A DNA stretch of 64,000 nucleotides, taken from assembly GCA_036172245.1 (NCBI GenBank), contig JAYWIR010000049.1, positions 1,054,001 to 1,118,000 on the forward strand. Direction: 5' to 3'. Below, piece by piece: positions 48,401-60,443 of this stretch (position 1 is the stretch's first letter; each line of letters opens with the position of its first letter). The notes beneath the pieces are model-generated. The model did not search any database, was not told where the DNA came from, and saw only the letters and a program-made list of their open reading frames with translations. A program made the translations under genes and the position numbers. Origin of the DNA: Raillietiella orientalis (Eukaryota).

Positions 48401-50094
48401 TCTTCCTATAATCAACATTCGGTACTGATTATCCCGTATTCAGATATAACATTCCAGGTATGAATCAAATGATGCATAGTTTATTGTGATGCATGGTTTA
48501 GACGTTACTTTTAGACGTTATTTCCAACATTTTGCATTACAGCCCGGAGTACTTCAGTTATACAGATACTCTGCTTTTATTCTTCTACGATTTCTAAATG
48601 CTACTCGGTGTAAACCTGTGAAAGAAGACAGCCTGCAAACCAGTAAAAATAAAAATACGCAATGCATTTAAAGAGCTGATAACAGTGTTAAGCATCACTA
48701 AAGAAATACTAATAAAATGCAGAGTGGCATTGCAAAATATTTCTTCAAAAGGATTGGCTTTATATTTTTACTCCTTTTTAGTGATCCCGAATTTTTGTGT
48801 AAAGTGCTTTAGTTGAGTCGTTGCGGATACAAAAGAGGACGTATGCCCAGAATTGCTCAAAGAGTGGAAATGGCGAACGCGAGGAATCATCTCGTGACCA
48901 CTCAGAGTTTTCTATTTTTTTTTTTTTTCCTGTCTTGATTATTGCATCTTATTCCATTTGTGCCTTAGTCTCATCTCCTTGATTAAAAACCTTAAAATCC
49001 AAAGGGAGATCCTTTTATTAGCGATTCTGCAGTTGCAAGTCCTAGCAGCATTAATAAAGCTGATTCATGACGTGGAGGGAAAAGGGATTACGTGATTTGG
49101 CTTTTATGAGATTTCGAGAATCCCTTGTCCAGATACCACGCGCTCCTTGCAGTGGAGCAGCAGAGTTAGGTCGCAAAATCAAAGGTGGGCTCCGAAGTTT
49201 CCAACCCACGAAGGTGGAATTTCCGGACATTTCGGGAATTGTGGGGTCCATCGCATCTGAAGAACCAAACTGGTTAGAACTGTAGGGACCAGAAGTCTTA
49301 TATTTCGAAACTCCTGGTGACCGCTTGAAAAACTGATCTACTATGAGTCAGTTGTAAGAGGACTGCGGTGAGTGAAGATATCTGAAGTTTTGATTAATGC
49401 ACAGTCAGGGGTGATAGTTTCAAGAAGCAGTTCGGTTTTGCTTTGAAGAATCTGTTCCAATGAGAAGCGAAGGCTTTTCAAACTCATCAAATGATTGTGC
49501 ACGAAAATTCTGGGAAAATTCAATGCGATGGCGGCAACGTGAATATGTCTGGGCTCATTCTTTTAATTGCAAGCTGGATGTAATGGGGACGTTGGAAAGA
49601 ACAAAAAACAGTAAATTCTTACCAGTTGCTCTCACAAGTCATTTCAGACCTTCGCCTTTTTTGCTGATAGTCTGAAATCTTGGAATCCAGATGGCGCATC
49701 TTCGTGCATAGTGGTGTTTTCAAATGGTGACTGAAGCTGCCGAAACTCAAAAATCAGTCTTCAGGAACGGAACCCTTCGCCTCTCATGCTTGCCTGGTTT
49801 GCAGACTTCCCAATGCTGCGAGTTGCTCAAGACATTGCTCACCTCTGGTCCTTGTGCGTCGTTAGTTTCCCACCCTTCCTGTGCCTGCATTTCTTGCAGC
49901 CTGCGTTTGCTCGTTGCAGTGTACTAGGCGCTGCTTGTGCAAATCTCTTTTCCGCAGTGAGCTCTTCTGTCTTCGCTGTTTTCCTTCCAGCTTTTTTTTT
50001 TTTTATTTTAAGAGTCTTCCTTTTTTTTGGTTCGCTAAGTACCTCAGAGCCGGTCGCGTGCCTCGCGGCGCACGTGGCTCTTTTAAACACACTG

Positions 50095-50990
50095 TTTTGT
50101 TTCCACGCTTCTCCCCTGCGACAACCTCGCAGGGGGGCGTGTAATTCTTCAGGATAAGGGGCACCCCGGAATAAGGGGTCCACCCTATGAATCCAGGAAG
50201 GGCTCGGAGTCCGTTCCTCTCACGCTTCTCGCACCTCCCACCCCGGTTGTCTCCGAAGGGGAACCCCGAAGTGAATCTCCTTCCTCATTCTCTCCGGAGG
50301 GATACCCCCTAGATGGGGAGGGGCTGTCCTCTCCATTTCAACTTCTCCGAAGAGAACCCGGAAAGGATCCGCTAGTAGAATTTCTTCTCCGGAGGGAACC
50401 CGCAGGGGAGCCGCTCCTGTTCACTCCTCTGAAGAGAACCCCGAAGGGACGCTTCCGAAACTCAGAAGGGGCGCTGCAGCTTCCCGCAGGGTGATCTCTG
50501 TTGCTTGCTTCCTTGCACTCTGTGAAGAGGCGACGACTCGGAGGGACCCCCACAACAGGGGCAGCTCTCCTTTGAACAACTGGAGAGGTGCCCGTGAGGG
50601 CTCCTACTCCATCTTGAAACCGGAGGGGTCCCCCGGTGGGGAGGTCCGCTCTCCGTTGTACGACCGGAGGGAAAACTCCCCACTCCTTTATTCCTGGGAA
50701 GACCCGAAGGTCAATTTCCCATTGTTCCGGCCTTCATCGGGGGCCTCTGGCTTTATCCACCGCCGGTGCCACGCCCGAATGATTAGGCCAACCAGCGCCA
50801 TTGCAAGAGAAACTCGGAACCCAACGACTCAGTGGCTCAGTTTCTTCCGCAGTATTCGAACACGCGATGCATGGTGCCACGCGCGGAAGCCTTAACCACA
50901 AAGCCTCCGACGCGAGCTCTTCCGTCCATCTGAACTGGCATTTCGGAGCCAGCTCTATCGTCCATTCCGAACGCCTTGGTTTCGAACATG
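50095..50990 (-). repeat. Interspersed repeat, copy 1 (tRNA-like segment plus internal ~40-bp tandem units)
   Basis: Aligns by eye to the reverse complement of 59126-59925. For example, ccctatgaatccaggaagggctcggagtccgttcctctcacgc (50183-50225) differs at 3 of 43 positions. Shared blocks include acccgaaggtc, taggccaaccagcg, ggtgccacgcgcgg and gcctccgacgcg. Confidence 0.85.
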
Positions 50991-52910
50991 TTAAACACCT
51001 GTCGTTCTCGCGTCTGTTTCTGGGCGACGATACCTGCAGGGACTCTAGCAGAGTTGGAATTTCGGGCGCAGCAACAGGACACCACCGGCATAGCAGCCGT
51101 CTTCATGATGACGGCATCTGCAAGAAGTCGCCATGCAACTCATCCCTGTATCTTGAGGAGGCCGCAGGCGCGAAGGGGCATCACCAACAAAAGAGCCCTG
51201 TCCCTTCCCTCTCTATCTTTTCTATTTATTTATTGTGCCTCCCTCCCCGTTCCGGACTTTCTATGTGGCCTGGACGGTCTTCCGGTAGAGGGTTGTCTTC
51301 GTAGTGCCCAGTTTTCGCATGACGGTGCTAGGTTTCCTGGACAAGAAGAGTTGGCGTCAGTGGCGACCAGACTCTGTCCGATCTGATCACATCCCTGTGG
51401 TGGGTGTTCTACAATGCACACTTCCTCGCGGGTGCAGACGGGCGTCACGATGCTGGGCAGCCGCTCAGGAGCATCCCTGGTCACCACGTTCGCGGCATCG
51501 TCACTTGCCCCTGGCCTCTTCTGCGCCTCGTGGGCGTCAAGCGTGGATACTTTCCCGACGATAGTACCAACGACCTATGTAACCGAACTTCGAGTCGGTG
51601 TTCCCTCCCAGACAAACTTCCCTGTTTCTTGTGGGAATTCTGTTCCTTGACAGGAAAGGGGATCCTGGGAATCGAATCACTTCTCTTTCCATTCTTCTTG
51701 AATTTACCTTCCCCAAAGTCTTCCATTCGAACCTTTCGATTCGGCCAGCTCTTCCTCACCTTGTTGAAGAGATGGTCACTATATCGAGTCTTGCATGCTG
51801 CAGCTGCAGGTTCCTGTTTTGCCGAGGGGTCAGTCACACTGTTGCGAGTGTCTTGGAAGACTTCCCGACAAGGGCAACCCTTTCTACAGTGCTAGTCAAG
51901 TGGTGGGGCACCGCGGCTCCTTTGTCCAGGTTGGAGGTTGCCTGACTCAGCTGAGGCCAAGCCAAACAGCTTGGTCCTCGTCCTTGATACGCACCGCTCT
52001 TCTCAGAACGCATCTGCAGGCGCAGCTCGGGAGCAGTCCATGCAAGATGGAGGGAGGAATGGGATATCGTAGAAATTGGGCCTTCTTTCTCTGCTAATGA
52101 GGGTTCCAATGCTGAGGTGTCATACTCGCTTATCCGCAGGCTGCAGAGGCACTGGCGGAATTCCGCAGCGCATCTCGTTCTGTCCTCGGGTAGCGAGATC
52201 CTTCCTTGCTGTTCCCTGACGGGAGCAGCAGCAGGACTGGAAAGGTAACGTGGAAGGGGAGAAAAGTCCGTGCAAGGCGGCAGAGCGGTCCGGCAGAGCG
52301 AGAGATCCATACCAGCAGCGGATGCTACGCACCGGGAAGCCAGCCGATCAATTGATCCCTGCACGAAGAAACATGGAGGATCAGGCATTCCTGGAATCCC
52401 GAGAAAGGGCCCGGGCCACTCTCGGCGAGGAGGAGTCTCGCATCTTCAGAAGGGAAAGAATGTAGATAAGACACCGGGAGGCTTGTGCAAAAGAGTCCGC
52501 TCGGAGAGCGTTTGCGAAGGATTCCGTGAGGCTCGATCCGCGCGTGGAAGAAAAGCCACGCCCTGCTTCCCTTCCCGCGTTGAAAACTCAAGGATCCTCT
52601 CCCCTTACCTTAATGAGGCGCAGCAAGCTTGGAAAAGGATGACACGCTCTTCCACCCTCTAAAAATAATAATAATAATAAAAAAAAAGGTGGGCGTCTCC
52701 TCCAGGCGAGGGGTTTTTGAATCCTTTCCGCATCTCACGAGGAGGAAAGCAGAAGCCAAGAAAAAATCGGATTGACAGGGCGTGATTGGCATTTCCCAGT
52801 CTCTCTCGACGGCTGGAAAGAAGAATGCGAGTCAGAGAAGGTGGAAAACGGGAGTAAAGGCTATAGGGGAAGGTCTGCCCTGATAGGTTCCTGCAAAGCT
52901 GAACGAGATC

Positions 52911-53700
52911 GTGGAACAAATAGGGGGTTATATGGTAGATTATCACGAGGAAGGAATCGCATCTACTTCCCCTCCCCCCCCAAAAAAACTGGGAAGCGGA
53001 GGACGACTCTTCCATTCGACAGGAGTCTGGGAGAGTAAGGCGAGTCCGATCGGCTGCTCGATCTCAACAACATCCTCCGCTCGCGCTGTGAAGCATCGCA
53101 TCACCACGAAGTCGTTTCTGGGTGAGGTTTATGGAAGTTTGGCTGTCCCCCTCCCCCTCACGCCATCATGTGATCGTGTCAAACAAGAAGCCCACTGCAA
53201 GAAGAGCACTGTCGTCTGCTGCAGGAGGAAGGGATGCACAAAGCTTTTCAGGCACAAGGCAGGCGGATCGTCCGGTCCTTTTGGAAGGAGTCTAACAGGT
53301 CTTCCCTAGGGCAGACGTCTTTGCACCTGTGTTCCCGGAATGGATGAGTCAGCCAGGAGGACTGCTTTCCGTCCTCCAAGAGTTTCGCTCCTCTTGAGGC
53401 AGTGCAGAGAATCTCCGACAAAAACAACGTCGGGGATCAGAATGAAGCCGTGCTCTGCATTGGTCAGCACTGTGATTCCAGACAACACCCTTTCAACAGG
53501 AACCACGAGCGGCTCGCGGATCATCGCTTCGTAGACGCGGCTTGGTGGAACTTGTTGCTAGTGCATGCCACACCCATTAGAAGCAGCGTAGATTGCACGT
53601 GCAGGAGATGTGCGCTTTGGCAGACCTTTTGGCACGTTGTCAACCCCTGCACATCAAACTTTCGAGACATCGTTCCAGCACCGTCACTATGCGTTTATAA
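52911..53700 (+). pseudogene. Cysteine-rich eroded ORF, tentatively PIF-1-like or EGF-like envelope protein
   Basis: One frame with one stop: STGVW..CDRVKQEAHC..VCCRRKG..GPFGR..*GRRLCTCVPG..FRPPRV..KPCS. After a frameshift: RQHP..VVNPC. The order resembles baculovirus PIF-1 as recalled (TGVW, C.C.RPG, PHGR, C.C..G, CRP, PC, DHP, DPC). Confidence 0.3.
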
Positions 53701-56700
53701 AAAAAAAATTAAAAAAGAAATGAGGACAAGACACAGGAGGCTGATTGCTTCTGATCAATCCATTACCGGGGAAGATTTCACATCCCCTCCCAGACCCTGT
53801 CTAACAAGGCGACGAACAAGTGTCTATGCTCGACATCGCCTGCCGCTTCGAAAGCAATTTCTAGATCCTGGAAGAATCCAGGAAAAGGAAGAGTGGCTTT
53901 TTCCATTGCTGTAGGAGTCCTTGCAGTGCGTGGGACCCAGGCAACGACAAGGACCTTGAGAAAAAAACTCGAGATCAAACGGAGACGACAAGATCAAGAA
54001 GGAAAAGATGTGAAACAACCACATACAACGCTCCCGCGGAATGTACTGAAACCATCGTCTGGATTATCCATGGTCAGCAGCATCCTGGGCTAACACAACA
54101 ACACTCCAACAATAGCAAGATTGGGGAAACTGGAAATTGTGTATAATCTTCTCTGGTATTCTACATTTCTCCCCAGGAATTTTTATCTGTGAGCATCATT
54201 TTTTTTTTTTAATAAGTAGAGACCTCCCACTCTGCCAGTCAGCCGCTCCCGACTCTCTTTCGGGGAGAGGGAAACCTCTTTTTAGAGAAGTGCATCATTT
54301 CTTCACTACTCCAGGGCATCAGTGTTGAATTCATAGTCTGATCTCAAGGTTCAGTTGCCGGAGCTATTGCTGCATCTCCATCCTGCCCAAGATGTGCACA
54401 CTTCAAGTCCAAGCTTCTCGATGTGGAGCCACCATGCCTTTCAGACGGATCTCCGGGGCCTTCGCAGAGCTGCCCTCGAGAGTCCAACGTTCGCCTCGTA
54501 GGGCCGCCGGTTTCAGAGGGAGGAATGCATGAAGATGTGTTGCACTGCGGTTCACTCCAACAAGTACTTTTCCAGTTCTCTGAAGGGAACTTTCAGATTC
54601 GCTTTTCCTCTACTCAAAAGTCGCGCGCGGACATGGCAGGGTACTTCACAGTACCGCTCGTGGGAATTTCCAGATGGATTCATCGTGACTGTCCCTCCCA
54701 CGACGCTCCCACGGGGACGGCCGTCACTTCATTTCGTTTGCTCTGAAAAGCCCACTGCCAGAAGGATCAAAGAGCTACGCCTCCTGGATGAGAAGGACAA
54801 AAGAGGAAGGTCATCTGCACAGGCCTCCAAAGACGACGTGCGCGATGAGGTCAATGGCAGAGTTCCCAGCGTCTTCCAATACGCTTCAGCATTGGCTCAA
54901 AGAGGATGCGGAGCAGCGTGGAGTTCTGCCTGTTCTCTCACCTGGCTCTTTCCATACGAACGTTGCGTATGTCGCGATCTTTGGAGCAGATGTAGAGTGG
55001 CCCGTCACTCCAGAACGAGCACAGATGCTGCAGAAAAGGTGTGTGGAAGACTCTGGAGTTCCTAGAGCTCCAGCAGGAGCTCCTGGTTCACACAGCAAAG
55101 CGCTTCTACCATGTTTCCTGCGGTCTCCAGGACATCCTGGTCTCCACGGTGATAGCGTGGACGCTTTCCCAGGTCTGTGTGGGGCACAACAGTTTCGTCC
55201 TGCCGAATGGAGAACTCCCGGAATTTTCCCAATCCTCGGTGCGTTGGTTGGCGAGGGTGACGACTCGTCCGCTTCCTTATGCGCGTCCGGAAGGGAGAGG
55301 TTTCCTCCCTCATTATCCTACCCCGAGCGATTTCCCCTAAGGGAGGAGTTGTTTTGATCGTGAAAGTGTGAGGGCGGCCGCTTGATACGCATCTCCCGCT
55401 TGGTCTTCCCATGCAGCCCGCTATCTCTTTAGGAACATACCCGAGATTGCCTGATCGCAGCCATTTGGTTGCAAAGAAGGTCCTCTCTTTCCATGGCTCC
55501 TCAAACCACCAGCCATTGGATGCTCCATTTGCTTGGGATTCCTGAGAAAACTTCCGTTCGACCACACAGTTACCTGCACCGCGGTTAGTCTACCGTGGAT
55601 ATTCTTAAACCTTTTGGCAAAGTCAAAAAGGCGGAAAATTCTCCCACGGAGTCACAGACTCCATGATGAGTGATCCTGTGACCGATGTCTCTGAGCCTCA
55701 CTGTGGATAAAAGGACCTTTCTCCCGCCGGCACTTTGCGGAACTCGCGGCAGAGACTTTGCGTCTCTGCTTCTTCGCGCTCCTCTACCGCAGGTCGCCCT
55801 GGGGCCCTTACGTGCCCCGAGGCTGCTCAGCTCCTAGCTCGGCTTGTCCTCTCGGAGGCAAGGCGGCTCGCTTCGCATCAGAGTGCGGACTTGTAGCCTC
55901 AGGCCTCCCACTCCCACGTCTTCGTACTGCCCGTGAGTGCGCCCAAGAACCATCATCGCATCAGAACACCAGGACCACTCAGGTTTTGAGAAGGTATCGA
56001 TCCAGGGCCTCTCAGGGTACCTCATTCATTCCGCGCAGGAGGAATCCTTCGTTCCAGAAGGTCAGGCGGGCGCACTCTGCAGCTCTGCACTCGTCTACCA
56101 ATACGAAGAGCACCAGGCGTCCCTCAGCAAGGCTGAGACCGCGGAAAATCCCAAGTACGTTGGGGGAGGGGGGGGGGTTGAGGTGCTTACGGAGAACGGT
56201 CCGCAAAGACCACCCTGCACACCCGACAGCTCTTCCAGTTCAAGCTTACTCCTATCGTCTATCTGGATGCCGCCTCCCCCTGAGAATCCACTCGAAGAGC
56301 TCGGCCCTCTCAGGAGGCAGGCAGGCTGCCAATTGGCGCTCGGTACGAGATCTCTCCGGGAAGGGTCGACAGAGGGAAGGTTGGCCATCTGGGACGGACT
56401 AACGCTTGAAAGATGCCGGAAGGTTTGGCTCTCCTTGTTTCCTTCCTCGATGCCCCGGCTCTGAAGCGGGCTGCAGACGCTGATCTCTGAATCGACAGCA
56501 AGCGAGCTTGTCGTAAGCGTCAAAAAGGCTGGCTGACAGCCTCCAAGGTAGTCCAGAAAAATGCGAGCTGGAGGAGTTGGATGCGCGACGCCTTCTGGAG
56601 ATGCACCGAGACCGCCAGTGCTCCAGCATTCCTTAGACTTTCTCAAAGGCGTTTTTCTTCCATGTAGAAATGACGCCTGTCCCCTCTGCTGGAAAAATGA

Positions 56701-59125
56701 GCTCGGGAAGTAGGTGCGGAATAGGCTGGAGCTGGAAACGGACCAAAGTGCAAGATCCCAGCCTTCGAGCTCACGGCAGCCCTTGATGGTTATGCCTGTT
56801 CTGCCTGACTTTCAAGATGAAATGCTTCTCTTGGATGAACTCTTGGAGTTCTAGCTTTCAAGTCTTTCTATATTTCTGCTTGAATAAAACGGGCCAGAGA
56901 CTGCCGTTGTCCCCGGGAACCTTCTTTGTTTCATCTGTCTCCTGTGGATTATCTCACCGTAGCTCACGATCAGCATGGCTTCCCACTCTGTGCAGGTCTT
57001 GGAGAGCTTCCATACTTGCAGACGATACCCCGAAAGCATCCACCTCCATCAGGTCGCAGATGCATCCGGTTTCTCGTTCCCTGAATCTGCCCGTCAAAGC
57101 CCTAGTCGGTGACAAACCACTTCCCGAAAGGCCGTCCATCTCCCTATGAGCTAGTTCCAAGAAACACTATCGCTTAATGGATCCTCCACCTCTTAACGTA
57201 TGCTTTACTCTAGCCAGGTCACTTCCTGGAAACAGCTTAGGAGACACTCGGACAATCGACAAGGCGTTTCTAGTTGACGCACAGGGCGCTTCTCAGCGAC
57301 TGAGATCACTCTTCTGCGAAAAGTTTTCTTTGAAACTTGTCAAAAAAGGAATGCATCCCATGTCCCTTCCTAGCTAGGTGTCGCCTTCTTCCCTCGGATA
57401 ATTCTGGTCTTTTAACAGGGTCACCACTGCAGCTCCACCTTCCTAGCTGCTAACCTTCCTACATCCAATCGCAGCAGTGGAGAAACTCCTAGGTGACTGG
57501 TCGACGGGCGCCAGAGGTAGGCTTGCTTGGCAGGAATCCCCACGGGCGAACTCGTGGTCTCCACCCCATCCCCTCGCGCACGCAACGCGCCGCCCTCCTC
57601 GTACAGGAAATCCCTGTAAGAGGAGCCACAGCTGACGACGCGGGGCCAACGCGCACCCAGAGCCCCTGTTTCGGACCGCAGCATCCTCCGACGCAGTCGG
57701 ACAGTCCTACTGAACCTGGATGACGTCACCAGAGAGCTGTCTAGTGGGAAGGAACGGGGAAGCTCCCTTGTGTCGCCACAGGGGACGCAACGCCGAGCCA
57801 CAACCCCACGGAGCCGCCTACGCATCCACTGCATTCTGAGGAGGGCAGTACCTACTCCGTTCCTGTCTTCGTCGCAGTCGAGATGCCAGCTTCGATTTCC
57901 TCCCTCCAAGGACTCCCGGGACTCTGGAACCAGGCTCTCACGCATGCAAGGAATAATGCCCCCTCTCCCCCCTTCCTGGAGTGATCGACCATGGTCTTCC
58001 TGTCCCGCTCCCGCATCCATTTTTCAGGAACAAGGCTGCCGTCTTAGTTGGCCGGAAAGTGACCGCTGACTTCTCCCCTCGGCTTCGAGAACAAGAAGTC
58101 CGTCACTGTGGTGATTCCTTGAGGAATCGCTCTCGCATGGGGAGCTTCTCCCCCCCCTTGAGCCTCGTTCGTACGTTCCGCAGTAGCGAATTTTGACTTG
58201 GCTTCCTACACACCTCAGTCCTACAGGATGATGCAATCTTTCATCGCTCTTGCGAAGCTGGTCCAGTATTCTCCCCAGAGGAGAAGCTGCTGACAAAAAC
58301 ATGATCGGGAATGCGGGAATGTGTTCTCCATCAGCTGATTTCATCGTGTAACATTAAAAAAAAAAAAAGATAGAAGGAAAGGAAGAATAGCGCAGCTTCA
58401 CCGCAGAGCATCGAAAGGTTCGTCGTCAGCAGTGGCCCGAGCCCGCAATTACGCAAGCAACGCTGTCGGAGGGGCAATAAACAGGAGCTCCCTGAGGTTT
58501 CATTGCTGGAAGCGCGCTCTGCACCTACCGGCCATTAAACGCTCCGCGATTCGCAAGGCACCTCCCTGAGTGCCGTCTGCAGAGGCGACCATCATTTTTA
58601 ACGCCGGCGGCAAAGATGTGTTTTTTCCGCCGACCCAGTTCAACTTCCGTGAACGTGACTCTTCCGAGCCCCTGGAGGCGGAGTCCGGAAGCCACCTGGG
58701 TGTTAACCGCAGATGGCCCTCATCTCACTCTTTCACATTGGCGGGTGGTCGAATGGCGGTGGCGCCAAAGCAGGAGAGGAAGGAGTGGGGGGGGGGAGGA
58801 AGGAGAGGACATAAGTGCGAGAGGTTGCCTGGGAGCAAGGAGAGAAGCTTGAGGCAACGCTTGGAGCAAGTCCGAGCCCAGGAGACACTGATCACACCGC
58901 AGCTTCCGGTGGTGAGCATTCTTTTCGTGCTCCTCATAGAAAATATCCTGCCGGAGGCGTTAAAACCGGAGCCACCGCCTAGTGCGCACTGCAGAAGCTT
59001 TGGGAGTTGCCATCTTCGCGGCGTCTTCACCGCCCGGAGCAGAAAGACGCGTGCTTCACATCCGCCAAAGAGTTCCAGGATGAGTTTCATCGCACTCCTC
59101 CACGCCACGCGAGGATCCCGTCTGC

Positions 59126-59925
59126 CATGTTGGAAACGCGCGTCTCCATCGCGGGTCGGGAGGAAACTCTTTGAAGTTTCGTGTGCACCTTTCGGCGGAG
59201 AATTCGAGACTCGCCCGCGTCGGAGGCCACATGACTGCGGTCGCCGCGCGTGGCACCGAGCATTGCGGGTTCGAATCCCACCCAGGAAGAATCGATGCCG
59301 AGAAAATGGGTGCGTCGTGGGTTCGAGTTCCTCCTGCGAGATGACGCTGGTTGGCCTATATTCATTCGGTTGCGGCACTGGTAGCTGCTAAAACCGGATG
59401 TCCCCGATGAGGGCCGAGACAATGAGAGTCGACCTTCGGGTCCTTCCAGGAACCAAGAAGCGGGAAGTTCCCCAGTTGCGAAGGAAGGCAACGACGCAAA
59501 GGTCCCCGGAATGGGGACCCTCCGCCTCGTACTGATGGAGTAGGTGTGTCGCCACCTCTTCAGAAAGTGCAGAGAAGCAAGCCGATCCTTTCGGGGAAGC
59601 AGCGCTCTTCTAAAGTTCGGAAGTGTCCCTCCGGAGTTCTTTTCAGATGAGGAGAGAACAAGGAGCCGTTTCCTTGAGGGGGATCCCTCCAGAGAAGAAA
59701 AATGGAGCGGAACCCTCCGGGAGTCCCTCCAGAGAGAATAAGGAAGGAGACTCCTTTCGAGGTTCCCTTCGTAGACAACCAAGGTGGAGAATTCCCCTTC
59801 GGGGATCCCTTCCCAGGCGTTAGAGGAACGGACTCCAAGCCTTTCCTGGATTCATAGGGCAGTCCTCTCCTTGGGAAACCCCCTATCTTGGATAATTACA
59901 CCTCGAGTGGCGTGGAACAGCGAAA
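59126..59925 (+). repeat. Interspersed repeat, copy 2 (inverted relative to copy 1; lies within the RPB2 fossil)
   Basis: Diverged inverted copy of 50095-50990. B-box-like GGTTCGAATCCC at 59268 and GGTTCGAGTTCC at 59320. Confidence 0.85.
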
Positions 59926-60392
59926 ATAGAAACGAAGGGTTTCCATCATTCCTAGTCATCATTTCGGGCGATTTCGAGACTCCAGCTGGCGGTGAAAGGA
60001 GACAGTCACGCGGCCAGGGAGTTATTTTGCAAGCAAGGCGCTTCCTCGAGTGGCTCGTTTCACGTGGTCCATGCCTAGAGATGCAGCTGTATCAATCCTC
60101 GGAGTGGCCACGTTGAGAAGAGACGGGTGGGAGGACCACGTGAAGCTCCAAGAAGCGCGGCCCAGTCCCGAGCCGGACTACCGTCCGTACCATCGGCCAG
60201 GTGAAGCCACTGGACGGAATCCACGCCGACAGAGGCAGATGTCGCGATCTCCAAGAGACCAAGGACCTCGAGTCCACAAGACTCTCTCCCCTGAGGCTTG
60301 AAATCTTGACGAAAGAAAGGAGACCCCAAATCCTTTGCGTTCTGGGATAACACCCCAGTTAGCCACAGCTGTTCTTGAAGCCGCCTCCCTTC

Positions 60393-60443
60393 TCTGGGTC
60401 ATGAGGAGGCACATGTCACCCGCATGTCTCCTCATGACCCAGA
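60393..60443. other. Near-perfect 51-nt hairpin
   Basis: tctgggtcatgaggag (60393-60408) is the exact reverse complement of ctcctcatgacccaga (60428-60443). There is also a 5-bp inner stem acatg/catgt, a 2-nt bulge and a 7-nt loop. Confidence 0.9.

Noticed and set aside
50251..50460. CRISPR array
   Set aside because: Eukaryotic context, degenerate units, short irregular spacers and no cas genes.
56400..57400. Long minus-strand frame with few stops as a pseudogene
   Set aside because: No recognisable motifs. The + strand carries ordered RPB2 motifs, so this is probably an antisense shadow.
59215..59290. Functional tRNA gene
   Set aside because: A T-arm-like sequence is present, but I could not build a full cloverleaf with acceptor and D stems. 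Treated as tRNA-like repeat sequence.
50095..59925. Polinton/Maverick bounded by terminal inverted repeats, or baculovirus-type hr regions
   Set aside because: No protein-primed PolB, integrase or packaging ATPase recognised inside, and RPB2 motifs run across the right-hand repeat.
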